Positions 8,230 through 18,166 are shown, numbered from the stretch's first letter. The stretch is DNA of 32,000 nucleotides from Methylophaga frappieri (GCF_000260965.1 NC_017856.1:60001-92000), one strand, 5' to 3'. Numbers and translations: made by a program. Notes: a model not told the origin generated them from the letters alone.

Positions 8230-8841
8230 GTGGCGAATGATATCTACACCACCAAAGATACCGCGCAGGTATTAGGCGTTACGCCTAGAACCATTCAGTT
8301 GTGGTGTGAATCGGGTGTATTGGAGTCCTGGAAAACACCGGGTGGTCACCGACGTTTTGACCGTCAGGTTGTAGAAGCTTTTGCCAAAGACCGGCAAATA
8401 ACGAAGAAATCTGTCGATGCTGAAGTGATCGAGGATAGTGAGAGCTGCCGGGTACTGATTATCGAAGACGATCCGATGCTACTCAATCTTTATAATATGA
8501 ACATCAACAGCTGGGAACTGCCGATCAAGCTGGCGTTATCGCAAGATGGTTATGATGGCTTGGTAAAAATTGGCCTCATTCAGCCACATATTCTTATTCT
8601 GGATCTCTCCCTACCTAGTGTGGATGGCTTTCAAATCATCGCGACACTACTTAAAAATAACCTGTTGAGCAGCATGCGAGTCATTGTTGTTTCTGGCCTT
8701 GCCAAAGCCGATATTGATCAAAATATTGAGAATATAAAAAATATTAGACACCTGCAAAAACCTGTCGACTTCAAAATAATTCGCGAAGAAATTCAAAATA
8801 GGTTAGAGTCAAATTTTAAAAAGATGGATATGATTGGTTAA
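8230..8841 (+). CDS. Response regulator with N-terminal MerR/excisionase-type HTH and C-terminal receiver domain
   Basis: GTG start at 8230 with AAGGA upstream. The N-terminus is TTKDTAQVLGVTPRTIQLWCESGVLESWKTPGGHRRFDRQVV (excisionase-family HTH pattern). The C-terminal part has VLIIEDDPMLL...ILILDLSLPSVDG...VVSG...LQKP. Confidence 0.8.
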   Translation: MANDIYTTKDTAQVLGVTPRTIQLWCESGVLESWKTPGGHRRFDRQVVEAFAKDRQITKKSVDAEVIEDSESCRVLIIEDDPMLLNLYNMNINSWELPIKLALSQDGYDGLVKIGLIQPHILILDLSLPSVDGFQIIATLLKNNLLSSMRVIVVSGLAKADIDQNIENIKNIRHLQKPVDFKIIREEIQNRLESNFKKMDMIG

Positions 8842-8906
8842 CCATCTAAATCATTAATTTATGGGTGTTTTACTTTGGGTGGCGGGATGCCGCAAAGGCT
8901 TATAAA

Positions 8907-10043
8907 ATGAACCCACGTTCTTCGGCAGCGTCTTCAATATCTTTAGTAGAAGAAAGTTTTTCAGAAAAATTTTCAGCGATATTGACCGACGATAATCATA
9001 ATTCCAGCGGTTTTCTGGATCTCTTGCCTGATGCAGTCGCATATTTCAATAAAGACGGTGTCATTACTGTTACCAATCAATTATTCGACCAGTTTGTTGC
9101 GGCATATAATTTTCAAGCCCCACGACCATTCACTCGTCATATATTTGAAAAATTCTTAAATGAGATTGCGTTAGCGGGTAGTCAGCTCAATATCGACCGC
9201 ACGCCTCCTGATAACAACATTTCAGAACCGTTAAAATGTATTGTGTTACTTGCAAACCCGCAGCCAATGGTTATCGAAAAAACCGTTCAATACGCCCATA
9301 ATGACAATATTGCCGGGTTGATTCACCTCCGTGATATTACTCGTAGTTACCACCTTGAAAAAACCAAAACACAGTTTTTGTGTACGACGGCTCATGAGTT
9401 GCGGGCACCACTGGCCGTTATATATGGTTATGCCGAGTTAATGGCTAATTACCAGTTTGAACCAGATGACGAGCAGAACATGGTATCCGTGGTTTATCAA
9501 GAAACGGCCAGAATGCTCAAAATCCTCAATGATTTATTGGATTTAGCTAAAATTGAAGCGCAGCACCCATCTGAACTTGAGTTAGAAAAACACTTGCTTT
9601 CGGATTTGATTAACAACGTGCTTGAAGTGCAAAGTCTGGCTCTGGAAAATCATGTCATTAGCGTTGACGCTCAGGAAGAACTCGCAATTTATTGCGACAA
9701 AACCAAGATCCAACAGCTTTTGATTAACCTGCTAACCAACGCCGCAAAATACTCTGAAGCAGGCAGCAACATAGCCATTCAAGTGTCCACGGAGCGCCGT
9801 CAGGAACAATCAGGAATCAGGCTGGAAATTGCTGATCAAGGGATTGGTATTTCACCAGAAAATCTGACTCGGATTTTTGATCATTTCTTTCGGGCTGACG
9901 CATCCCGCTCTGTATCTGGAAGTGGCTTGGGTATGAGTATCGTCAAAGAAATTGTCAAATTGCACAAGGGTACAATCGATATACACAGTCAAATAAACCA
10001 AGGAACGCAGGTTATAGTGTGGTTACCTGCAGGTACTCCCTGA
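8907..10043 (+). CDS. Cytoplasmic PAS-domain sensor histidine kinase
   Basis: ORF 8865..10043 (GTG at 8865). I prefer the ATG at 8907 (MNPRSS...). There is no TM segment. It has a PAS-like segment, the H-box TAHELRAPLAVIYGYAELM, LLTNAAKYS, DQGIGI and GSGLGMSIV. Confidence 0.85.
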   Translation: MNPRSSAASSISLVEESFSEKFSAILTDDNHNSSGFLDLLPDAVAYFNKDGVITVTNQLFDQFVAAYNFQAPRPFTRHIFEKFLNEIALAGSQLNIDRTPPDNNISEPLKCIVLLANPQPMVIEKTVQYAHNDNIAGLIHLRDITRSYHLEKTKTQFLCTTAHELRAPLAVIYGYAELMANYQFEPDDEQNMVSVVYQETARMLKILNDLLDLAKIEAQHPSELELEKHLLSDLINNVLEVQSLALENHVISVDAQEELAIYCDKTKIQQLLINLLTNAAKYSEAGSNIAIQVSTERRQEQSGIRLEIADQGIGISPENLTRIFDHFFRADASRSVSGSGLGMSIVKEIVKLHKGTIDIHSQINQGTQVIVWLPAGTP

Positions 10044-10151
10044 TCTGTTCATAAGTCAGCTCAATTGGCGTACTGTTTTCTCTCAATTGTTATCGTTTCA
10101 GACTGATGCAGTAATCCGGCACAGTCATCTGTACCGGATTACCCCTAAAAC

Positions 10152-10570
10152 TTACAGTGCTTGTACTTCAAACACGGCTGAATAGTTGGCACTTCTCTCT
10201 TTAGCAGGGGCTTTGGCATTCTCGTCACTGTATTCCATTTCCAGGTAATACAAGCCCGCCTCTTCAAATGTGATATTGATATTTCCGTCATTATCCGTGC
10301 TGGTTTTAATGGCTTTAGCCTCGTTACGATATTTCTCGCCATCTTTGACAATAACAACATCACCACCGCTGACTGGCTGGCCATTCAGCATGAACTGCAT
10401 TGTCGCCTCTTCGCCGGTATACAGATCATTAGGATGCGTAACCGGGTTTAATTCGATGCCTTTGCCTGTCATTTTGATTTCTGATGGTTTACCGAGGCTG
10501 ACAAAGACTTCAATACGGCGTGAAGAGTCGATAACTCTCAACTCATTGGCCTCTTTGGGTACGGCTTTGT
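10152..10570 (-). pseudogene. DUF4198-family periplasmic protein gene, 5'-truncated by the transposon IR
   Basis: The frame stays open upstream of the track's TTG start, right up to the IR tip at 10571 (...HKAVPKEANELRVIDSS...). Only about 140 C-terminal codons remain. GKGIELNPVTHPNDLYTGEEATMQFMLNGQPVSGGDVVIV...GLYYLEMEY is DUF4198-like from memory. Confidence 0.65.
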
Positions 10571-10612
10571 GGGGTTCTAGGGATTTTCCCCTCTAAAGTA
10601 ACATAAATCGCC
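10571..10612 (+). repeat. Terminal inverted repeat IRL, copy 1
   Basis: GGGGTTCTAGGGATTTTCCCCTCTAAAGTAACATAAATCGCC. The exact reverse complement is at 13736-13777. Confidence 0.95.
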
Positions 10613-10708
10613 ATACTCACCATATTTAAAGGCATACAAAGGTGGGTTACTTCTCCAAAGTATGGCAAATTATGAGGTTAACAACCCCTTAAACTTAATT
10701 TAATTCCT

Positions 10709-13689
10709 ATGGCTATAAAAAACGAACTATCAATTCTTACCAAAGCTGAGCAGCTTGATCTATATTCTCCGCCGCTATTATCACTTGAACAACAACGATT
10801 GTATTTTACGCCAAACGAGATCGAGTTAACAGAGTTGAAAAGTATTCGCCTAAGGAACCACCGATGCTATTTCATTGCGTTATTAGGGGTATTTTTAAGT
10901 CTAAGCCTGTGATTCTTTCACCTAGCTTTAACCTCATCTTTGACGATATGCAGTTTATTTCAACGCAAGTTCAAGGAGGCAAAGGGATCAGGCCTCAGCA
11001 TTAATAAGATGCAGCGTGACCGTATATATCAAAGAATACTGAGGTTATTAAACTATCAGAAATGGGACGAAAGTCTGCACTTTGCGCCGCTGTACGAACA
11101 TCTTGTTATGGTCGGCAAAGCTTGGCTTGAGCCTCGTTATCTATTCGATGCAGCCGCTGAATATCTAGCAACGCATAGAATTGCCATCCCTAAATATACT
11201 GTCTTACAAGCTTATCAGTCGTGTTATCCAACAGGTCAAGAAGGCGTTAAATAATAAGCTTCGTATTCATGTTTCATCTGAACTACACGGATTTCTAAAT
11301 ACTATTATCGATGACAAAGATGGGCTCTCCTTAAGCCAGCTTCGAGCCGGTGCAAAAAGCGTTATGGTGACAGAGCTAAAAAAAGAACTGACGGTGTATC
11401 ATCAGTTACAGCCTTATACAAGACAGATTGATAATGCTGTTAAGGGCTTAGCCTTATCGTCTAAAAACCAACAACACTTCGGTGAAATGGTGGATTATTA
11501 TGGCAGTAAACTAACGCTTTAAGCGTCCACAGCAACACCTATGGTTGCTGTGTTTTCTGACTCAACGCATACGGCAAAGCCTAGAGCGATTGGCTGATGG
11601 GTTTATTCATCATATCCGTAAACAACAAGAAGCTGCGCATGCGTTTGCCCAACAGGCAGTGTTTGACTCATGGAGGTCAGCTGCAGACAATGTCACCAAA
11701 GCCGCAGAATTACTGCATCTGTTTGTTGATGACAGTATCGACGATAATCAACCATTTGCAACGGTTAGGCAACAAGCATTAAGTGTAATGAATAACCAAG
11801 ATATAGAAACGCTATGCCTGTACTTAAAAAAGCAAAAACGCACGGTAGAAGAATATCAATGGCAATATTATGATGATCAAAACGGGTTAATTGAGCAGTT
11901 ATTAAGGCCCGTGTTTCTATGTCTTGAATGCCAAGCAGGTAAAGGCTCAGAAGCATTAGTGACCCAGCTCAAAACCACAAAAACAGAACTATTAGCAGGT
12001 AATACATTGCAAACAATGGATAGTACACTTATCCAACAAAAACATCGTCCATGGTTAATTAACAAGGATGTTGTTCATCCACAGCGATACGAATGGTTGC
12101 TTTACCGTCAACTGGCTTCTCGGCTTAATGGTCGAATTTACTTATCAAACGTCACTAAATATCGTGCGCTAGAAGACGACTTAATTGCATCGTCAATACA
12201 GCCTGATCTATTGGCATCATCAACATTGGAAAAGCTAAAGCAGCCGATTCAGAAGCTACTGCAAGTAAAACAAATACGCTTAACAACATCCCTAGAAGAT
12301 GTTGCTCGTCACATTGATAATGGTGATAACCGCAATGTGATCATGAAGAGCCGAAGTGGCACACGATGGCGACTGCCAGTTAAAGGCTCCCAATCACTTG
12401 TCAACAACCCTTTCTTTAAACAAATGATCCCCGTCAGTATTGCTGATGTGTTGCGTTATGTTGAACAAGAAACCAACTTTATGCAATGCTTCGCACACGT
12501 GCTGCCAATACAAAAACAAGTAGGCGCCAATCAGGATGATTTATTGGCTATTCTAATTGCGAATGCGACACATCGCGGCGTATATGGGATGGCACAAATA
12601 TCTGATCGCAGTTATGAGCATCTAAGCACTATACAAGCTAATTATATTAGGCCTGAAACCTTGCAAGAGGCTAGTGATATCATCAATAACGCAGTAGCGG
12701 CACTCCCTATTTTCCGCCACTATCACATCCAAGAAGACGTCCTGCACGCCAGTACCGATGGGCAAAAATTTGAAACTCACCTTGAGACTTTTAAAACTCG
12801 CTACTCCTCGAAATACTTCGGCACCAACAAAGGTATTACGGCCATGACGTTAGTTGCCAATCATAGTGCGTTAAATGCCCGTATCATAGGATCTAATGAG
12901 CATGAGTCCCATTATATTTACGACTTACTACAATCTAATACTAGTGATCTTAAGCCAGATGTCCTCTCAACCGACACCCATGGTGTTAATCATGTTAATT
13001 ATGCCTTATTGGATTTATGCGGTTATAGTTTTGCGCCTAGGTATGCTCAGTTCACCAGTGTGATCAATGACCTATTTAACGTAACTGAAAGCGACGACGG
13101 AAACACGCATCTGGCGCTGAAAAAGCCGATAAAAATGAATGTGATTGAAGAAGGCTGGCAGGATATTCAGCGTATTGTGTTATCCCTTCAAGAAAAACGC
13201 ACAACACAGGCATTGCTAGTACGCAAATTATCTGGTTATCCATCTAGACACCCTATATTACAAGCATTAACGGAATATAATAGGCTCATCAAAGCCCAAT
13301 ATTTACTTGATTATATTGATGATGCAAGTCTGCGCCAATATGTTCAACGAGCACTGAACCGAGGCGAAGCCTGGCATTTCCTCAGGCGAGCTATTGCATC
13401 GGTCAATCGTGACCAGTTCCGTGGAAAAAACGAATCAGAAATAGTCGTCTGGAACGAGTGTGCCCGTTTGACGGCAAATGCTATTATCTACTTTAACTCG
13501 ATGATCCTAAGTCATCTATTACTGCACTTTGAAGAAGTTGGTGACGAGGAAAAAGCAGCAATAACTCGACAAGTATCACCCGTTGCATGGCAGAACATTA
13601 ATCTGAGCGGCACTTATCAGTTCGCTAGTAACCGCAAACTACCTGATTTACAGGAAATAACTAGGCCTATTGTTGAAAATGAAGTCTAA
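10709..13689 (+). pseudogene. tnpA: Tn3-family transposase TnpA, copy 1, broken into 4 ORFs by frameshifts
   Basis: ORFs 10709-10912, 10940-11254, 11181-11522 and 11545-13689. It has a DUF4158-like N-terminus (SILTKAEQLDLYSPPLLSLEQQRLYFT) and a DDE_Tnp_Tn3-like core (STDTHGVNHVNYALLDLCGYSFAPRYAQF). Confidence 0.9.
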
Positions 13690-13735
13690 AATGAAAGGTA
13701 ACCCAGCTCCACAAGCCATTAACTGCGAGGGTTGT

Positions 13736-13777
13736 GGCGATTTATGTTACTTTAGAGGGGAAAATCCCTAGAACCCC
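13736..13777 (-). repeat. Terminal inverted repeat IRR, copy 1
   Basis: Exact reverse complement of 10571-10612. Confidence 0.95.
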
Positions 13778-13778
13778 A

Positions 13779-14330
13779 TCAACCGGCAAGCTGCTTGATG
13801 CGCTCGGCCAGGCGGCCGAAAGCCTCGTTCACGTATTCCAGCACCTTGGGTTCTGCGCCCTGCGTGCGCAGCGAGTCTTTGAAGGCTTCCAGGTCGGACA
13901 GCCATTGCCGATGCAGGCGGCCCAGCTCGTCGAGCTGAGGCCGGAAGTCTTGGAGACTGCCGCTCGCACGAAACGCCTGGTAGCCACGCTCAAGCGTGGC
14001 CGCCGTGGTCAGCAGTTGCGCGCCCATTTGCTTGTGCTGTTCGGAGAACTCGGCCATGCCGTCATAGGGCCGCGAAGCCTTGCGGCGCTCGGCTTCGGAT
14101 GCCTCTTCCATGATGCGGGCGTAGCGGTAGAACCCTGGGAACTCGCGGGACAGCGCCATGAGCTGCTGATCGGATGTGCCGACCCAAATCCTGTGCAGGT
14201 CAGGCCCGTACCCCATCATGCGATTGATGATGGCATGGGCCTCGCTGACACCCTGGGCGGCAAGCTGCTGCATGTGTTGGTCGATCTTCGCGGCCAGTCG
14301 GCGGAATTCGTTCATGCTCATGTCCGTCAC
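13779..14330 (-). CDS. Hypothetical 183-aa helical protein, third gene of the vapBC cassette
   Basis: It is a GC-rich ORF. Its GTG start overlaps the vapC stop (GTGA at 14327-14330), with an alternative ATG at 14321. Its stop TGA (13779-13781) is 1 nt from the IR tip. I recognise no family. Confidence 0.6.
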   Translation of the reverse strand: MTDMSMNEFRRLAAKIDQHMQQLAAQGVSEAHAIINRMMGYGPDLHRIWVGTSDQQLMALSREFPGFYRYARIMEEASEAERRKASRPYDGMAEFSEQHKQMGAQLLTTAATLERGYQAFRASGSLQDFRPQLDELGRLHRQWLSDLEAFKDSLRTQGAEPKVLEYVNEAFGRLAERIKQLAG

Positions 14331-14722
14331 AAAAGGCGCGTTGATTGCCCTTGCGCCGTGAGAAGTGCCACCGCCTTCTTATCGAAGGAAACGAAGGTTT
14401 CCCCGCCAAGCCAGTTGCCTTCGTAGGCAATGACGCCATCGGCAAAGTCTCCGCCCGCGTCGAGCACCAGCAAGCCAGCCTCCACGGCAGGCCGGTTCAC
14501 TTCCACATTCGCGGCGGCCAGTAGTGCCCGGATCGCGCTGGCCGCGTCGGCTTGCTGGAAGCCGTAGACACGCAGCAGCACCCAAACAAATTCGCATAGG
14601 CACGGCAGCGCGACCGCGATCAACTCGGCGTCGGTCAAGACTGCGGCGGCAACGTCCGCTTGTGCGGGATCGTCACGCACAACCGCACGCACAAGGACGT
14701 TGGTATCGACTGCGACCTTCAT
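14327..14722 (-). CDS. vapC: PIN-domain ribonuclease toxin VapC
   Basis: 131 aa. MKVAVDTNVLVRAVV... gives the first acidic residue in DTN. CEF, DFADGVIA and the C-terminal FVSFDKKA fit the PIN acidic tetrad pattern. ATGA overlaps the upstream antitoxin stop. Confidence 0.88.
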   Translation of the reverse strand: MKVAVDTNVLVRAVVRDDPAQADVAAAVLTDAELIAVALPCLCEFVWVLLRVYGFQQADAASAIRALLAAANVEVNRPAVEAGLLVLDAGGDFADGVIAYEGNWLGGETFVSFDKKAVALLTAQGQSTRLL

Positions 14723-14970
14723 TGCTTACCTGCCCAGCCTTGCGCCGCCGCCTCGTTGATTTCTTCGATGGTGGCAACCTTCTGCGTCTTGCCCGCGAGC
14801 AGGCCGACAAAGCTGGCTATCGTCCCTGCGGGCCGTGCCGCCTTGAGCACGCCCCGACCGTCTGGCAACAAGTCCAGCTCGATCTTGTCGCCTGGCCTGA
14901 TGCCGAGGTGTTGCAGTACGTCCTTCCGAAACGTCACTTGTCCCCGTGCGGTAACGGTCAATGTGGTCAT
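14719..14970 (-). CDS. vapB: AbrB/SpoVT-fold antitoxin VapB
   Basis: MTTLTVTARGQVTFRKDVLQHLGIRPGDKIELDLLPDG is a swapped-hairpin AbrB-type motif. The ATG is at 14970 with SD GAGGG 9 nt upstream. The track's start at 14988 is a TTG. Confidence 0.85.
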   Translation of the reverse strand: MTTLTVTARGQVTFRKDVLQHLGIRPGDKIELDLLPDGRGVLKAARPAGTIASFVGLLAGKTQKVATIEEINEAAAQGWAGKQ

Positions 14971-14999
14971 GGTGGTTTGCCCTCGCAATCAAGGTTGAT

Positions 15000-15041
15000 G
15001 GGGTTCTAGGGATTTTCCCCTCTAAAGTAACATAAATCGCC
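15000..15041 (+). repeat. Terminal inverted repeat IRL, copy 2
   Basis: Identical to 10571-10612. Confidence 0.95.
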
Positions 15042-15137
15042 ATACTCACCATATTTAAAGGCATACAAAGGTGGGTTACTTCTCCAAAGTATGGCAAATT
15101 ATGAGGTTAACAACCCCTTAAACTTAATTTAATTCCT

Positions 15138-18120
15138 ATGGCTATAAAAAACGAACTATCAATTCTTACCAAAGCTGAGCAGCTTGATCTATATTCTCCG
15201 CCGCTATTATCACTTGAACAACAACGATTGTATTTTACGCCAAACGAGATCGAGTTAACAGAGTTGAAAAGTATTCGCCTAAGGAACCACCGATGCTATT
15301 TCATTGCGTTATTAGGGTATTTTAAGTCTAAGCCTGTGATTCTTTCACCTAGCTTTAACCTCATCTTTGACGATATGCAGTTTATTTCAACGCAAGTTCA
15401 AGGAGGCAAAGGGATCAGGCCTTTCAGCATTAATAAGATGCAGCGTGACCGTATATATCAAAGAATACTGAGGTTATTAAACTATCAGAAATGGGACGAA
15501 AGTCTGCACTTTGCGCCGCTGTACGAACATCTTGTTATGGTCGGCAAAGCTTGGCTTGAGCCTCGTTATCTATTCGATGCAGCCGCTGAATATCTAGCAA
15601 CGCATAGAATTGCCATCCCTAAATATACTGTCTTACAAAAGCTTATCAGTCGTGTTATCCAACAGGTCAAGAAGGCGTTAAATAATAAGCTTCGTATTCA
15701 TGTTTCATCTGAACTACACGGATTTCTAAATACTATTATCGATGACAAAGATGGGCTCTCCTTAAGCCAGCTTCGAGCCGGTGCAAAAAGCGTTATGGTG
15801 ACAGAGCTAAAAAGACTGACGGTGTATCATCAGTTACAGCCTTATACAAGACAGATTGATAATGCTGTTAAGGGCTTAGCCTTATCGTACTAAAAACCAA
15901 CAACACTTCGGTGAAATGGTGGATTATTATGGCAGTAAACTAAAACGCTTTAAGCGTCCACAGCAACACCTATGGTTGCTGTGTTTTCTGACTCAACGCA
16001 TACGGCAAAGCCTAGAGCGATTGGCTGATGGGTTTATTCATCATATCCGTAAACAACAAGAAGCTGCGCATGCGTTTGCCCAACAGGCAGTGTTTGACTC
16101 ATGGAGGTCAGCTGCAGACAATGTCACCAAAGCCGCAGAATTACTGCATCTGTTTGTTGATGACAGTATCGACGATAATCAACCATTTGCAACGGTTAGG
16201 CAACAAGCATTAAGTGTAATGAATAACCAAGATATAGAAACGCTATGCCTGTACTTAAAAAAGCAAAAACGCACGGTAGAAGAATATCAATGGCAATATT
16301 ATGATGATCAAAACGGGTTAATTGAGCAGTTATTAAGGCCCGTGTTTCTATGTCTTGAATGCCAAGCAGGTAAAGGCTCAGAAGCATTAGTGACCCAGCT
16401 CAAAACCACAAAAACAGAACTATTAGCAGGTAATACATTGCAAACAATGGATAGTACACTTATCCAACAAAAACATCGTCCATGGTTAATTAACAAGGAT
16501 GTTGTTCATCCACAGCGATACGAATGGTTGCTTTACCGTCAACTGGCTTCTCGGCTTAATGGTCGAATTTACTTATCAAACGTCACTAAATATCGTGCGC
16601 TAGAAGACGACTTAATTGCATCGTCAATACAGCCTGATCTATTGGCATCATCAACATTGGAAAAGCTAAAGCAGCCGATTCAGAAGCTACTGCAAGTAAA
16701 ACAAATACGCTTAACAACATCCCTAGAAGATGTTGCTCGTCACATTGATAATGGTGATAACCGCAATGTGATCATGAAGAGCCGAAGTGGCACACGATGG
16801 CGACTGCCAGTTAAAGGCTCCCAATCACTTGTCAACAACCCTTTCTTTAAACAAATGATCCCCGTCAGTATTGCTGATGTGTTGCGTTATGTTGAACAAG
16901 AAACCAACTTTATGCAATGCTTCGCACACGTGCTGCCAATACAAAAACAAGTAGGCGCCAATCAGGATGATTTATTGGCTATTCTAATTGCGAATGCGAC
17001 ACATCGCGGCGTATATGGGATGGCACAAATATCTGATCGCAGTTATGAGCATCTAAGCACTATACAAGCTAATTATATTAGGCCTGAAACCTTGCAAGAG
17101 GCTAGTGATATCATCAATAACGCAGTAGCGGCACTCCCTATTTTCCGCCACTATCACATCCAAGAAGACGTCCTGCACGCCAGTACCGATGGGCAAAAAT
17201 TTGAAACTCACCTTGAGACTTTTAAAACTCGCTACTCCTCGAAATACTTCGGCACCAACAAAGGTATTACGGCCATGACGTTAGTTGCCAATCATAGTGC
17301 GTTAAATGCCCGTATCATAGGATCTAATGAGCATGAGTCCCATTATATTTACGACTTACTACAATCTAATACTAGTGATCTTAAGCCAGATGTCCTCTCA
17401 ACCGACACCCATGGTGTTAATCATGTTAATTATGCCTTATTGGATTTATGCGGTTATAGTTTTGCGCCTAGGTATGCTCAGTTCACCAGTGTGATCAATG
17501 ACCTATTTAACGTAACTGAAAGCGACGACGGAAACACGCATCTGGCGCTGAAAAAGCCGATAAAAATGAATGTGATTGAAGAAGGCTGGCAGGATATTCA
17601 GCGTATTGTGTTATCCCTTCAAGAAAAACGCACAACACAGGCATTGCTAGTACGCAAATTATCTGGTTATCCATCTAGACACCCTATATTACAAGCATTA
17701 ACGGAATATAATAGGCTCATCAAAGCCCAATATTTACTTGATTATATTGATGATGCAAGTCTGCGCCAATATGTTCAACGAGCACTGAACCGAGGCGAAG
17801 CCTGGCATTTCCTCAGGCGAGCTATTGCATCGGTCAATCGTGACCAGTTCCGTGGAAAAAACGAATCAGAAATAGTCGTCTGGAACGAGTGTGCCCGTTT
17901 GACGGCAAATGCTATTATCTACTTTAACTCGATGATCCTAAGTCATCTATTACTGCACTTTGAAGAAGTTGGTGACGAGGAAAAAGCAGCAATAACTCGA
18001 CAAGTATCACCCGTTGCATGGCAGAACATTAATCTGAGCGGCACTTATCAGTTCGCTAGTAACCGCAAACTACCTGATTTACAGGAAATAACTAGGCCTA
18101 TTGTTGAAAATGAAGTCTAA
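15138..18120 (+). pseudogene. tnpA: Tn3-family transposase TnpA, copy 2, one frameshift (extra A at 15889)
   Basis: ORFs 15138-15893 and 15916-18120 are in frames differing by +1. Deleting the A at 15889 (absent in copy 1) joins them into one reading frame of about 993 aa. Confidence 0.9.
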
Positions 18121-18166
18121 AATGAAAGGTAACCCAGCTCCACAAGCCATTAACTGCGAGGGTTGT

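Larger units (their letters stand above)
10571..13777 (+). mobile_element. Tn3-family IS-like element, copy 1 (tnpA only, no resolvase, 3207 bp)
   Basis: It is bounded by perfect 42-bp inverted repeats that start with GGGG. tnpA is its only gene. Confidence 0.9.

Noticed and set aside
10111-10142. Hairpin GTAATCCGGCAC...GTACCGGATTAC between the convergent PAS kinase gene and the DUF4198 remnant, considered as a terminator.
   Set aside because: There is no U-tract on either strand and one mismatch in the stem. It may still act as a weak or Rho-assisted stop, but I cannot support a terminator call.
10613-10708. Possible res site or resolvase remnant between the IR and the tnpA start, and between the tnpA stop and the IRR (13690-13735).
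   Set aside because: The spacers are only about 96 bp and 46 bp, have no ORF and show no obvious repeated subsites. The element appears to be a minimal IS-like Tn3-family member.
13734-15097. ORFs 13734-14426 (+), 14176-14361 (+), 14200-14445 (-), 14379-14603 (-), 14524-15009 (+), 14660-14998 (+) and 14726-15097 (-).
   Set aside because: High GC suppresses stop codons in all frames. These ORFs overlap the recognisable vapB, vapC and orf183 genes, have Arg/Pro/Ala-rich nonsense composition, and one runs through the transposon IR.
15880-15920. Programmed ribosomal frameshift joining the two tnpA ORFs of copy 2, as in IS1/IS3 elements.
   Set aside because: Tn3-family transposases are single-ORF proteins. 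Copy 1 lacks the extra A at this site, and there is no slippery heptamer plus downstream structure. A mutation or a sequencing error is the simpler explanation.
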